A stretch of 52,913 bases of DNA from Macrostomum lignano (taxonomy: Eukaryota). Position 1 is the first letter of the stretch, and every line of letters starts with the position of its first letter. Position numbers and translations under genes: made by a program. Shown here one piece after another: positions 10,690 through 23,489 of this stretch. Under the pieces are notes generated by a model. That model worked only from the letters and a program-made list of their open reading frames with translations. It did not search any database and was not told the origin of the DNA. Location of the stretch: assembly GCA_002269645.1 (NCBI GenBank), contig NIVC01004257.1, positions 1 to 52,913 of the forward strand, written 5' to 3'.

Positions 10690-13255
10690 GTAAATTTTAT
10701 GTTTGACATGGTGGCTGTTTTAAGTTCTACATGGCAACTGTTTTATGTTTGAAACGATGGCTTTTTAATGTCAGACATGGTGGCTCTTTTATGTTTGACA
10801 TGGTGCCTCTTTATTGTTTGACATGGTGGCTCTTGAATGTTTAACCTGGTGGCTCTTTTATGTTTGAAACAGTGGCTCTTTTATGTTTGACACAGTGACT
10901 CTTTAATGTTCGACAAAGTGGCTATTTAATGTTTGACAAGGTGACTTTTAAATGTTTGACATGGTGGCTCCTTAATGTTCGAGAAAGTGGCTCTTTAATG
11001 TTTTTCATGGTATAGCTCTTTTATGTTCGACATGGTGGCTCTTTTAGGTTTGACATGGTGGCTCTTTTAGGTTTGACATGGTGGCTCTTAAATGTTTGAC
11101 ATGGTGGCTCTTAAATGTTTGACATGGTGGCTCTTTAATGTTCGAGATAGTGGCTCTTTAATTTTTTTCATGGTATAGCTCTTTTATGTTCGACATGGTG
11201 GCTCTTTTAGGTTTGACATGGTGGCTCTTTTATGTTCGACATGGTGGCTCTTTTAGGTTTGACATGGTGGCTCTTTTAGGTTTGACATGGTGGCTCTTAA
11301 ATGTTTGACATGGTGGCTCTTAAATGTTTGACATGGTGACTCTTTAATGTTTCAAATGGTGGCTCTTTAATGTTTTACGTGGTGGCTCTTAAATGTTTGA
11401 CATGGTGGCTCTTAAATGTTTGACATGGTAGCTCTTTAATATTCTACATTGTGGCTCTTAAGTGTTCGAAATTGTGGATCTTTTAGGTTTGACATGATGG
11501 CTGTTTAATGTTCAACATAGTGGCTCTTTTATGTTTAACATGGTGGCTCTTAAATGTTTGACATGGTGGCTCTTTAATGTTCGAAATGGTGGCTCTTTTG
11601 TTTTACATGGTGGCTCTTTAATGTTTGACATGGTGGCTCTTTAATGTTTGACATAAAGTCACTTATATGTTCGAAATGGTGGCTCTTTTAGGTTTGACAT
11701 GGTGGCTCTTTTAGGTTTAACATGGTGGCTCTTTTAGGTTTAACATGGTGGCTCTTTTAGGTTTAACATGGTGGCTCTTTTAGGTTTAACATGGTGGCTC
11801 TTAAATGTTCGACATGGTGGCTCTTTAATGTTCGACATGGTGGCTCTTTAATATTCTTCATGTTATAGCTCTTTCATGTTTGACATGGTGGCTCTTTTAT
11901 GGTCGACATGGTGGCTCTTTAATGTTCGAAATGGTGGCTCTTTAATGTTCGAAATAGTGGCTCTTTCATTTTCGACATGGTGGCTCTTTATGTTTGACAT
12001 GTTGGCTCTTTTATGTTTGACATGTTGGCTCTTTTATGTTTGACATGGTGGATATTTAATGTTCGAAATAGTGGCTCTTTTATGGTCGACATGGTGGCTC
12101 TTTAATGTTCGAAATGGTGGCTCTTTAATGTTCGAAATAGTGGCTCTTTTATTTTCGACATGGTGGCTCTTTTAGGTTTGACATGGTGGCTCTTTTATGT
12201 TCGACATGGTGGCTCTTTAATGTTTGACATGGTGGCTCTTTAATGTTTTACATGGTAGCTCTGTTATGTCCGAAATGGTGGCTCTTTAATGTTTGACATA
12301 AAGTCACATATATGTTTGACATGGTGGCTCTTAAATGTTTGACATGGTGGCTCTTTATGTTTGACATGTTGGCTCTTTTATGTTCGAAATGGTGGCTCTT
12401 TTTTGTTCTACATGTTAACTCTTTTTATTTGATACGGTGGCTTTTTTAATGTCTGACATGTTGGCTCTTTAATGTTCGACAAAGTGGCTCCTAAATGTTT
12501 GACATAGTGGCTCTTCAATGTTTGACAATGTAACTTTTGAATGTTTGACATGGTGGCTCTTTAATGTTTGACATGGTAGCTCTGTTATGTTCGACATGGT
12601 GGCTCTTCTAGGTTTGACAATGTGGCTCTTTAATGTTTCACATGGTGGCTCTTTAATGTTTTACATGGTGGCTCTTTTATGTTTAACTTGGTAGCTCTTT
12701 GTTATTTTACATGGCAGCTCTTTTATGTTCGACATGGTGGCTCTTTAATATTCTTCATGTTATAGCTCTTTCATGTTTGACATGGTGGCTCTTTAATGTT
12801 CGAAATGGTGGCTCTTTAATGTTTAACACAAAGTCACATATATGTTTGACATGGTGGCTCTTAAATGTTTGACATGGTGGCTCTTTATGTTTGACATGTT
12901 GGCTCTTTTATGTTTGACATGTTGGCTCTTTTATGTTTGACATGGTGGCTCTTTAATGTTCGAAAAAGTGGCTCCTAAATGTTTGACATAGTGGCTCTTT
13001 GATGTTCGAAATAGTGACTCTTTTATTTTCGACATGGTGGCTCTTTAATGTTCGAAATGGTGGCTGTTTAATGTTAGAAATGGTGGCTCTTTTATGTTTG
13101 ACATAAAGTCACTTATATGTTTTATATGGTGCCTCTTAAATATTAGACATGGTGGCTCGTTTAGGTTTGACATGGTGGCTCTTTAATATTCGATATGTTA
13201 GCTCTTTTATGTTCGACATGGTGGCTCTTCTATGTTTGACATTGCGCTTCTTTTA
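10690..13255. repeat. Degenerate ~23-bp minisatellite, ~110 copies
   Basis: Consensus ~ATGTTTGACATGGTGGCTCTTTA with variants TTCGAC/TTTGAC/TTTAAC/TTCGAA. Confidence 0.92.
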
Positions 13256-13307
13256 TGTTTAGAAGTTTTGTGTTTTTAAGGTGTTTTAATAAAAAAAAAT
13301 CTTTTTT

Positions 13308-13372
13308 GCCCTACTAAGATTCGAACCCAAGTCGCTACATTAGCATTCCAGTCTGTTCGCATCTGGGCTATC
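13308..13372 (-). mobile_element. tRNA-derived SINE-like head / tRNA pseudogene
   Basis: Minus strand GATAGCCCAGATGCG (A-box-like) ... GGGTTCGAATC (B box), followed by an A-rich run. Stems are degenerate. Confidence 0.45.
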
Positions 13373-14362
13373 TTTTTCAATTGGAGAACATAAATTGTGT
13401 CCCTTATAATTCAATTCTTACAGCAAGTCAATTGGAGTAAAAAGTTATGACATAATCAATTTCTCAGTCAGCCAGAATCAGTCTCAATTTAAGTTGCCAA
13501 TATGGTTACGCAATTTCATTCAAGTCGTGTGTGCATTTCTTCGGCACTGTTTTCAACTTGTTGTGATGCAATCTTTGTCAGAATCAGAATTCAGTCAGTC
13601 AGTTTTTTCTCTAGCATTCTTACAATGCATTTCAGGTCGAAAGAGCTGCTTGACCTTTGCAAAAAAGCATGTTTTTCGAATATTTAATCCCTTTAAAATT
13701 GAGCAATTTCTTAGCCAAGATGCATGTACCGTCCCAGGAAAATTTCTGATCGAATGGTGCAAGTTTGAAGAAAATCGGTTAAGCCGTTTTTTCTGAAATC
13801 TATCTCACAGAGACACACATTTCATTTTTAGTATATAGGATAAACACTAGATAGGCCACTCAGGCTAATTTTCTGGGCAAGTTTTTTATTCTACTTTCTG
13901 CTTAGTAGCAATGAAAGGAAGCAACAGTATTATTTGCTAAATTAGACAAATCGAGTGACTGTTTTTAAGACATCGTTTTGCTAACGCCATAAACAACTAA
14001 CTTGTTTTGTGCAGTAATGGTGTACATTAAGACGCGACAGACAGTGTGCAATGCCGCTATCTTTCAAAGTGGAGGAAGGGGGGTAGTCTGGAATAGGGTT
14101 AATATCAGTTTCGTATAAGGCAGGGTGAGTGGATCGATAATTTAGGCCCACTGGTGGTGGGATAGAAAATAAAGGACTGCACATAGCTAGCCTGGGTTAG
14201 GGGTGGGGGTTGAGAGGTTGTGGGTTAGAAAATTTGGGGGTGGCGAATCGTGCTTAAATACAAGCTTATATAGATGAACAGGACAAGAGTCAGAGTTAAA
14301 GAAAGTTCGAGTGCATACTAGCTTTTCTATCTAATCTTGTACTCGAGAAATGTTTTGATTCG

Positions 14363-14650
14363 AACCACTGCTGTGCTCCCACTTGCACGAGCTTTGTACT
14401 AGTGCTATTAACATCCGAGAAAGAAAAATCCGTTGCGAATGCATAAATTACCAAAAGATGACACTGGCGAAGCGCTGGCAGCAGCTACTGCAGGAGCGTG
14501 GATATTGACCTTTATAAACAATTAAATCACGGGGCCTCCGTGTGTTCAGCTTGCACTTTATGGACGAGGCCTACTGCTGCCTTACAAAGTGCCACGGATG
14601 TGCAAGACATCTGTTTTCGCTGGGACGCAATCCCACACCAAGAGTTGATG
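14363..14650 (+). pseudogene. Frameshifted THAP (C2CH) DNA-binding domain
   Basis: Ordered fragments across frames: NHCCAPTCTS (14363), MHKLPKD (14439), LAKRWQQLL (14464), VCS/LHF (14540-14559), RWDAIP (14618). These match the THAP pattern CxxxxC...FP...W...CSxHF...AVP. Confidence 0.6.
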
Positions 14651-14900
14651 CTGCCTCGGCTCGTTCAAATAGACCAGCTACCCTCTGTGCAAAGGACTGA
14701 TAAACGATGAAGAGGCAGACGACATGTACCCTCCAGTGCTGGGGCCAATTAGCAATCTATCTGCAGCCGAGCCTGCGACTTGCCTGCTGCCAGTGCTGTG
14801 GCAGAGCAACCTTCGGCTACCAGATTCTGCGCCGAGAACAGCTGTTGCGGCTGAAAGCTCTCACCTCTGCAGCCGATTCGCGGGTTCCAAGCGCTAGAGG

Positions 14901-15252
14901 CAACGATCAAGCGGCTGCAGCAACGATCCCGAGGCCGAAAGTGACAGGCGAATCAAGCGGCTGCAGCGGCAATCCCGAAAGCGACAGGCAAATCAAGCGG
15001 CTGCAGCGGCAATCCCGAAAGCGACAGGCAAATCAAGCGGCTGCAGCGGCAATCCCGAAAGCGACAGGCAAATCAAGCGGCTGCAGCGGCAATCCCGAAA
15101 GCGACAGGCAAATCAAGCGGCTGCAGCGGCAATCCCGAAAGCGACAGGCAAATCAAGCGGCTGCAGCGGCAATCCCGAAAACGACAGGCAAATCAAGCGG
15201 CTGCAGCGGCAATCCCGAAAGCGACAGGCAAATCAAGCGGCTGCAGCGGCAA
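14901..15252. repeat. 40-bp GC-rich minisatellite, ~8.5 copies, inside the TIR element
   Basis: Unit CAAATCAAGCGGCTGCAGCGGCAATCCCGAAAGCGACAGG. Confidence 0.92.
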
Positions 15253-16305
15253 CATTCGATGGTCAAGGCAAGTGCAGCGCAGTCGTGCATCCATGGACTG
15301 TGGAGGCGTGGCTAGCGCAGCTTCCAGCGGTCGACTGGGCGGCAGGGCGCTCGCAGTCAGGGGTGCTCTGGTCAAAGGATGTCATCTCATCAGCAGCTCA
15401 TTGCAGCTGCACCACAAAAGTCCTGCTGCTTATCGGCTGCCTGTTACGAAACCACTGAGGATTGGCTCTCCATCGGATACATCCCTGGACCTTGAAGTGG
15501 CGCATTCGCCAGTTTTTTTCATCTGTTGGGCCGTTCTGAATGCTGCCTCTGAACAAGGGCGACTGGCGACCCTGTTCTTCAACAGCACGCTGCGAGTTTC
15601 ACAAACAGATGAGCTGATTAAGATGAGAAATCTTTCTATTTTGCTACACGAATATGGATTATGGAGTATATGATATAGCTCGTATTTGCTAAATATACAA
15701 TAGTTGACTGCAATAATATAGCCTTCTATGCAATCTAAAGCATTCACAATGTTGCTTTGAATTGTGGAAAGTATAATTATAAGTTTCTTTTTGCAAAAAA
15801 ATCAATACAATTGCTGCATTGCATTCATCTGTTTTTTTTTATTTTTAAAAAATATAAATAACGCTAAAATGTTTTTACTACTACTAAGCAGAAAGTAGAG
15901 TAAACTGTCGTGTTGTGAGGATTAGCTGGAGTGGCCTATCTAGTGTTTATAGTATCTGTGCTGTAAACTACTATCCAGAATTTTCAATATTTACAAATAA
16001 TATTTTCCAAGTCTTGAGCTACTTTTTAGCACAAAGTTGGACTATTCTAGAGCTGTAAAGAAAGATTTATTTATTAAAATACGCAAACATAATTTTAAAG
16101 TTTGCCGCCCACACAGCAAGGGCCGCGCGCGGGCGAGAGCGAGCGAACTCGTACAGTACAGTTCAGCAGTTCGGTCGGGAAAAAACATTGAGTATCTGTA
16201 TAATGACTGCAAGTCAAACATATTATGGTGACAAATTTGACCATTGGCATTGGGCATTGGTAATTATAAATATGAAACAACTCAATACCACCATAAATAG
16301 ACCTA

Positions 16306-16571
16306 GGGCCTTTTCATATTGCTTGTTCTGGTTCTAGAACTAGATCCAATTTGTAAAGTATAACTTTTTGTCTCCTGAACTAGAGGGATATAAGTGCTTT
16401 AAAGTTGTGATTATTGAATGGCAATAGCCAAGAAGAAAGTGAAAAATTGTGCAAAGTGAAGCTGTAAGGCAGTCAAACATTTAGCAAAGTTAAATAAAAT
16501 AGTTATACTGCTTTTTTTCTTAGAAGATCCAAATCGATTCTTGTTCTGGAATTGGTAATATGAAAAGCCCC
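16306..16571. mobile_element. PIF/Harbinger-like MITE (266 bp)
   Basis: TIRs GGGCCTTTTCATATT / AATATGAAAAGCCCC, with 3-bp TSD CTA at 16303-16305 and 16572-16574. Confidence 0.65.
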
Positions 16572-16687
16572 CTATTCTCAATAAAATGATCCCATTCCCA
16601 AAAACCCCCTTTAGGTCTATAACTACGAATCTTTATACTTTTGTTCTTTTTTTATTTCTACACTAGAACTAAAACTATGAACAAGGA

Positions 16688-16689
<2 letters not shown>

Positions 16690-16727
<38 letters not shown>
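16690..16727. repeat. (TA)n microsatellite
   Basis: Pure TA run of about 19 units. Confidence 0.95.
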
Positions 16728-16730
<3 letters not shown>

Positions 16731-17167
16731 TAATTTTATGTCCATTTTTTATTAGATAGGGCCTATTTTAAATATATGCTGATAAAGAATGAGGATATGG
16801 TTGTAGTCTTGTAGGTAGCAGAAAATGAAGAACAATCATATATTATTTCATTGTGGCAATCAGTAGCAGATTTAGGGTGGAGGCATACAATGCGCACTTC
16901 CTGACTTCCCATCAATTTTTTTCTTTTTTCCTTAGGGTAATAGGCCTACACATTACACATAGACATAACATAATAGGCCTGCCTGTACATATACATTTAC
17001 ATGATATAAATTATTATAAATGATTATAATACATATTCTGTTCAACCTTAGTAATTTGCACCCCCTCCCCATTCAAAATTTTCTAGATCTGCGCCTAGTG
17101 GCAATAATTAACATATATCCCCAACCCCAAAATTTTACCCATCTGGTACAATTTAGTTTTGTCCAGA

Positions 17168-17281
17168 TTTGCAACTTAGTTCCTCCCAATTGTGATTTAG
17201 TTCTTCCTAATTGCAACTTACTTCCTCCCAATTGTGACTTACTTCCTCCCAATTGCAACTTAGTTCCCTCCGATTGCGACT
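17168..17281. repeat. 21-bp tandem repeat, ~5.5 copies
   Basis: TTGC(A/G)ACTTA(G/C)TTCCTCCCAA, with variants TTGCAAC, TTGTGAC and TTGCGAC. Confidence 0.8.
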
Positions 17282-19358
17282 TAATTTTTACTTTGTATAT
17301 GACTTTTCTTGCCTTTTAGCCTTTTACTCTTTTCTTCTCTTTCTCTTTCTCTTTCCTCTTTCACCCCTCTCTTCTCTTTCCTTTCTTTTCCTTTTCTCAT
17401 CCTCTCCTTTCTTCCCCCAATTTTTTGTGTTTTGCATTTTCAATTTTGCAACTTACCTTGGCCAGCAGCCATTTTACCCATCTAGTTTGGATGGGTTAGA
17501 CGGGTGTTAGGCATGCATGATACTTAGTATATACTTAAAATTTCATTGTCATTTTTATTATTAAAAGAAAAAATAGGCAAACAAGATTATTGGTTGACTA
17601 GACATTTTGTCAATTAGGCATTATGGCAATTCAGCAAATTATAGCTGATTATCATAGCTATACCACTGTACTAGCCAGAGTATATGAGAAATAGTAATAT
17701 AATGTCAAATTTGTAAAAAATATGTATATTTCTTGGAAGTAAATTTTTGTTGAAATGTTTGGTCCTCAATTTTGCACCTTAGGGTTGCATCATGCAGCTG
17801 AAAAATGTTGGCAAGTGTCAGCAAGCTCCAAAATACCCTTTTTGCCAAAAGTGTATCAATGATGATTATAGACTAGACTGTATTAGCTATAGGAAATTGT
17901 TTTAATTATGCCTGCAACACTGGTTTGATACTCCAGGCATTCCTTAAATATTAAATAAGTGATATATAAAAGAGGGTGCACTAAGTTCTGATCAATAATA
18001 ACTAATAACAATTGTATTTAGATTTAATTAGTCATTCAGTGCAGATAAATGGCTAACAAGCTAATATGTCAAACAATAATTTTGGCTTAAACCAAATGTC
18101 TAGTTGCTATAATGCCTAGTTGACAAATGCTGATTGACAAAATGTCAGTTGATAAAAAGTCCTGGAACCAATTATTGCATCTAATCTTGAAATTTAACCT
18201 ATTTAAAAAAGCTTACATACACTAGACAGTTGCTAATTCCAATTCTAACATCAATGTGTTGATAGAGTCCTTAGCTTCAAAAGCTTAAACTAAGCTTATA
18301 AATCATTTTTTATTTTTCAAGTTTAGTAGAAGCAGGTATAGTTATAGCTAATAGCTATTTGGTCACTAAATTCAAAATAAAAAATATAGAAAAACACATC
18401 AAGAAATGTGCTAGTCATAGCACTATTTTTCAAATATCTATATTTTAATAATAATGGTTTTTATATTGTCTTGAACCTAGGTTTAAATTATAGCACTTTT
18501 TGACAAATTCTAATGGCATAAAATATACTAAACAAAGTATAACATGCCCATAGTCTAGTCTTGATTTTCTAGCATAGAGCAATAATATATATAACATTTT
18601 ATAAAACCTCTTCTTTAGTTATTGGTTGCTCTAGAGTTTCAATTCAACTTGGTGCTCAAAGTCTTATAGTTCAAAAACAATAAAGGGATATATCATATAG
18701 CCTTTTCTTGGGTTTGTTTCTATCTATTTGGCTTATAGCTTTTTATCATATAGGAGTTAATAGTCAATCCTAAAGGCAGAGGTTCATTTTTATAGCCACT
18801 TTCATAGTCAAACATACCAATTACCAGTGTTAACATGCTTGAAAGTCAATATTTTTTGGTTGGGTTAATATTAGTCTCCTTGGTATTGGTATTATTCTTT
18901 GAAAGTTTGAATTCTTTAGTTGATGATTATAACAATGACTAGCCTACTATCTAAGTAATTACTGAACCTGCTCTTTAATTACTAAATTACTGAACCTATA
19001 TTCTCTTTTTGAACTTAGGATTTTGTACTTGTTAGTAATAATCATCTTATTGGCATAGTACTACATACTACATGTATTGCTATTCCATTGAAACTGCTTA
19101 CTGTTAACATTAGCAACATTAGCAATCATGCAAATAATGGGCCAGTTGCATTACATTTGCTTTTAGCTATTGCAGCTTTATCAATTATTTGCAAGTAGCA
19201 TTGCTTTGTTGTTAGACTTTTTGGCTGCATTTATATTTATCTTAACAATTTAACATCCTTTTGATAAAGCAAAGGCAAGTGTTATCACTGTTATTAACAT
19301 TTGGTACCACAGTGCTATGTTGTTGGTTAGTTTAGCATTATTAGTGCATCTGTTGGAG

Positions 19359-20246
19359 GTTGATAGCCCTCACAGATGGTTATCTAGCTGTTGGTCAAGT
19401 GTCTATACTTGTATGCTATTGGTTCCCTATTGTTGGCTGACTAGTAGTAGGAGGTTGATAGCCCTCACAGATGGTCATCCAACTGTTGGTCAAGTGTCTA
19501 TACTCGTATGCTATTGGTTCCCTATCATTGGCTGACTAGTAGTAGGAGGTTGACAGCCCTCACAGATGGTCATCCAACTGTTGGTCAAGTGTCTATACTC
19601 GTATGCTATTGGTTCCCTATTGTTGGCTGACTAGTAGTAGGAGGTTGATAGCCCTCACAGATGGTCATCCAACTGTTGGTCAAGTGTCTATACTCGTATG
19701 CTATTGGTTCCCTATCATTGGCTGACTAGTAGTAGGAGGTTGACAGCCCTCACAGATGGTCATCCAACTGTTGGTCAAGTGTCTATACTCGTATGCTATT
19801 GGTTCCCTATCATTGGCTGACTAGTAGTAGGAGGTTGACAGCCCTCACAGATGGTCATCCAACTGTTGGTCAAGTGTCTATACTCGTATGCTATTGGTTC
19901 CCTATTGTTGGCTGACTAGTAGTAGGAGGTTGATAGCCCTCACAGATGGTCATCCAACTGTTGGTCAAGTGTCTATACTCGTATGCTATTGGTTCCCTAT
20001 CATTGGCTGACTAGTAGTAGGAGGTTGACCTGTTGAGGTTGACGGTTGACAGCCCTCATAGATGGTCATCCAACTGTTGGTCAAGTGTCTATACTCGTAT
20101 GCTATTGGTTCCCTATCATTGGCTGACTAGTAGTAGGAGGTTGACCTGTTGAGGTTGACGGTTGACAGCCCTCATAGATGGTCATCCAACTGTTGGTCAA
20201 GTGTCTATACTCGTATGCTATTGGTTCCCTATTGTTGGCTGACTAG
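19359..20246. repeat. 95-bp tandem repeat, ~9 copies (last two carry a ~19-bp insert)
   Basis: GTTGA(C/T)AGCCCTCACAGATGGTCATCC... recurring at 19359, 19454, 19549 and onward. Confidence 0.92.
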
Positions 20247-20252
20247 TCCTCA

Positions 20253-20920
20253 AAGTCAGTTAGCTATTAATGTCAAAGCTTAAGCTAGGGGTTCACTGCT
20301 AGTTGCTTACTTTGGCAGCTTCTATCTAAGCCTTCTCTAGGCATTCAATATCATCTTCTAGCCCTCTTTTCTTGCTTTTCTTAAGTGCATTTATATAAGC
20401 TCTATCACCACTAGCATGATAATGGCTTGGCTTCATTGCCACTAGCATGTACAATATAGAATCTGGTATATAGAATAATGCTGCACAGCAACAAAATTAA
20501 GCATATCTGAGGCCTCCTAAATCTTTTATAGTTCTTTTTTAATAAGCTTTTTAATTGCAATGCTATTATAAACACTAGGAGGCCATTTTTATAGTAGCTT
20601 TCAGATAGATACTTTTAAGAATGCTTGAGCCTTCCTTTTCCAGCAGAGATTTCCAAATAAAATAAAATATCTTATTGAATCATGTGAACTTCTTTAATGT
20701 AGAAAATATCATAACCTTGGAGCATTGTATTGGAATTGAGTAAATTAATTTTTGGTACTTCTTGGTAAAAAGAACTTATTGTATTCCAATAGTCTTTTAA
20801 GTCAGTTAGCTGTCAATTAGTCAATATCAAAGCTCAAGCTAGGGGTTCACTGCTAGCTGCTTACTTTGGTCCTTGTTGGTAGCTTCCATCTAAGCTTTCT
20901 CTAGGCATTCAATATCATCT
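20253..20920. repeat. Dispersed ~105-120-bp direct duplication (20253-20357 and 20799-20920)
   Basis: Both copies contain AAGTCAGTTAGCT...AAGCTAGGGGTTCACTGCTAG...CTCTAGGCATTCAATATCATCT. Confidence 0.8.
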
Positions 20921-21365
20921 GGCCTTCTAGAGAGGCCATCAACATTTTATTGCTGACCTGATCTGCAGTGCTAGATTTTGATATAAAATTTGCCAAGTCT
21001 TAGAGTAGTGGTATATTCTGTCCACAACTTCCAATATTTGTAGATGACTAACACCTCACAATAAAAATATAACTATGAGCTGCAAACCAAGAAAGCACAA
21101 TGGAGCATGCATCTGATCAGACCAAGTTTCTACTGTCTTAGATAAATGCTCGTAGTACTGCAACTCAACAGGTAAAGACTGGTAAAGGTTGGTTTGCAAT
21201 GCGCTTTGGAGTAGATCAAATTGTTATTCACTATAAATGATTCAATTGTAAGCCTCTTTTAAGCTGATAAACATTAAATTTTCAGTAGGCTTTTTTTTAA
21301 GTTTGTGAAAATTAGCCACATCATTTTGGTGACCATAGGCCTATATAGACCAAATTAATGCCATT

Positions 21366-21432
21366 GCACTTGGAATTGAATCTAGGCCACTGGCACATCA
21401 GAGTGCTACCTACACTAGACCACTTAGGCTAT
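21366..21432 (-). mobile_element. Heavily decayed tRNA-like SINE head
   Basis: Minus strand TAGCCTAAGTGGTCTAG (A-box-like) ... AGATTCAATTCC (B-box-like). Confidence 0.3.
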
Positions 21433-21604
21433 GCCCCCCTGCACTTTAATTCTACAACTAATTGAATTAAGAATGAGTAATTTTATGTAAGAATTTAAGT
21501 ATTTCTGTTTATTCTTATTAGATTTTTCGCTTTTGGTGTAGACCCTAGCTTTTGCAATTATTGTAGGAATATTTTAGTCTATCATGGTTATGAGTACTTT
21601 TTGA

Positions 21605-23046
21605 TAGAGCCTGCATTTGGTCACTGCAGTCAGCAGTACTCAATATAGAGCCTGTATTTGGTCACTGCAGTCAGCAGTACTCAATATAGAGCCTTCATTT
21701 GGTCACTGCAGTCAGCAGTACTCAATATAGAGCCTGCATTTGGTCACTGCAGCCAGCAGTACTCAATATATAGAGCCTGCATTTGGTCATTGCAGCCAGC
21801 AGTACTCAATATAGAGCCTGCTTTTGGTTACTGCAGTCAGCAGTACTCAATATATAGAGCCTGAATTTGGTCACTGCAGCCAGCAGTACTCAATATAGAG
21901 CCTGCATTTGGTCACTGCAGTCAGCAGTACTCAATATAGAGCCTGCATTTGGTCATTGCAGCCAGCAGTACTCAATATAGAGCCTGCTTTTGGTTACTGC
22001 AGTCAGCAGTACTCAATATATAGAGCCTGCATTTGGTCACTGCAGCCAGCAGTACTCAATATATAGAGCCTGCATTTGGTCACTGCAGCCAGCAGTACTC
22101 AATATAGAGCCTGCATTTGGTCACTGCAGTCAGCAGTACTTAATATAGAGCCTGCATTTGGTCACTGCAGTCAGCAGTACTCAATATATAGAGCCTGCAT
22201 TTGGTCACTGCAGTCAGCAGTACTCAATATAGAGCCTGCATTTGGTCACTGCAGCCAGCAGTACTCAATATAGAGCCTGCATTTGGTCACTGCAGCCAGC
22301 AGTACTCAATATAGAGCCTGCATTTGGTCACTGCAGTCAGCAGTACTCAATATAGAGCCTGCATTTGGTCACTGCAGTCAGCAGTACTTAATATAGAGCC
22401 TGCATTTGGTCACTGCAGTCAGCAGTACTCAATATAGAGCCTGCATTTGGTCACTGCAGTCAGCAGTACTCAATATAGAGCCTGCATTTGGTCACTGCAG
22501 TCAGCAGTACTCAATATAGAGCCTGCATTTGGTCACTGCAGTCAGCAGTACTTAATATAGAGCCTGCATTTGGTCACTGCAGTCAGCAGTACTCAATATA
22601 GAGCCTGCATTTGGTCACTGCAGCCAGCAGTACTCAATATAGAGCCTGCATTTGGTCACTGCAGTCAGCAGTACTTAATATAGAGCCTGCATTTGGTCAC
22701 TGCAGTCAGCAGTACTCAATATAGAGCCTGCATTTGGTCACTGCAGCCAGCAGTACTCAATATAGAGCCTGCATTTGGTCACTGCAGTCAGCAGTACTTA
22801 ATATAGAGCCTGCATTTGGTCACTGCAGTCAGCAGTACTCAATATAGAGCCTGCATTTGGTCACTGCAGTCAGCAGTACTCAATATAGAGCCTGCATTTG
22901 GTCACTGCAGCCAGCAGTACTTAATATAGAGCCTGCATTTGGTCACTGCAGTCAGCAGTACTCAATATAGAGCCTGCATTTGGTCACTGCAGCCAGCAGT
23001 ACTCAATATAGAGCCTGCATTTGGTCACTGCAGCCAGCAGTACTTA
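21605..23046. repeat. 41-bp minisatellite, ~35 copies, ending 33 bp before a splice acceptor
   Basis: Unit AGAGCCTGCATTTGGTCACTGCAG(T/C)CAGCAGTACT(C/T)AATAT. Confidence 0.93.
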
Positions 23047-23091
23047 ATAAGTTCCACTTCAATTGGTTTCCCACTCCAGCCAATCGAGCTC

Positions 23092-23408
23092 ATGGAAGCG
23101 GAGGACAGCTCGAACGGACGCCCAGATCGAACCTGCTTAGTGTGCTCAAAAAGCTTCAAGTACCCCAGTCAGCTGCGATTGCACCAGAGCGTGCACTCGC
23201 TTGCGCGTCCGTTTCCTTGCGATGAGTGCGGGCGCACTTTTAAATACGCGTCGACGCTGAGCGAGCACAAGCTCATTCACGCCGCCGACTCGAAGCCGTT
23301 CGTGTGCGGCGTCTGCGGACGGGGCTTTGCTTATCGCGGCAACTACCGGGCCCACGCTGCAGTGCACGCCGATATTGACAAGCGGGAGCGCCGGTTCCGA
23401 TGCGATCA
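23092..23408 (+). CDS. C2H2 zinc-finger protein, coding exon 1 (join 23092-23408, 25575-25827, 26720-27111, 28000-28591; ~517 aa, ~13 fingers)
   Basis: Acceptor CCAG at 23079, ATG at 23092, three complete CxxC-x12-HxxxH fingers. Phase-2 donor CA|GTGTGT splits the fourth finger (CDQ|CP). An upstream coding exon cannot be excluded. Confidence 0.85.
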
Positions 23409-23489
23409 GTGTGTACTTTTTATTTTAATATGACCGGCTAATAGCCGGCTATTGTGCGGTAGGTTTGATTAGAGTTTGTTGTTATGCCG

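Larger units (their letters stand above)
13845..15945. mobile_element. 2.1-kb non-autonomous DNA transposon with bipartite ~64-bp TIRs
   Basis: CACTAGATAGGCCACTC..GCTAAT (13845) and TCTACTTTCTGCTTAGTAG (13890-13908) are mirrored at 15945 and 15881-15899. Flanks are ATAAA| and |TTTAT. Confidence 0.8.

Noticed and set aside
13308-13372. Functional tRNA gene
   Set aside because: Only A/B-box-like motifs; acceptor and anticodon stems do not pair. Listed as SINE-like instead.
13845-13910. Transib/ProtoRAG or CACTA assignment for the CAC-ended TIR
   Set aside because: The flanks are inverted (ATAAA/TTTAT), not a direct 5-bp or 2-3-bp TSD, and no transposase motifs are present.
19359-23046. CRISPR-like regular repeats
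   Set aside because: Units are head-to-tail with no unique spacers, no cas genes, and the context is eukaryotic.
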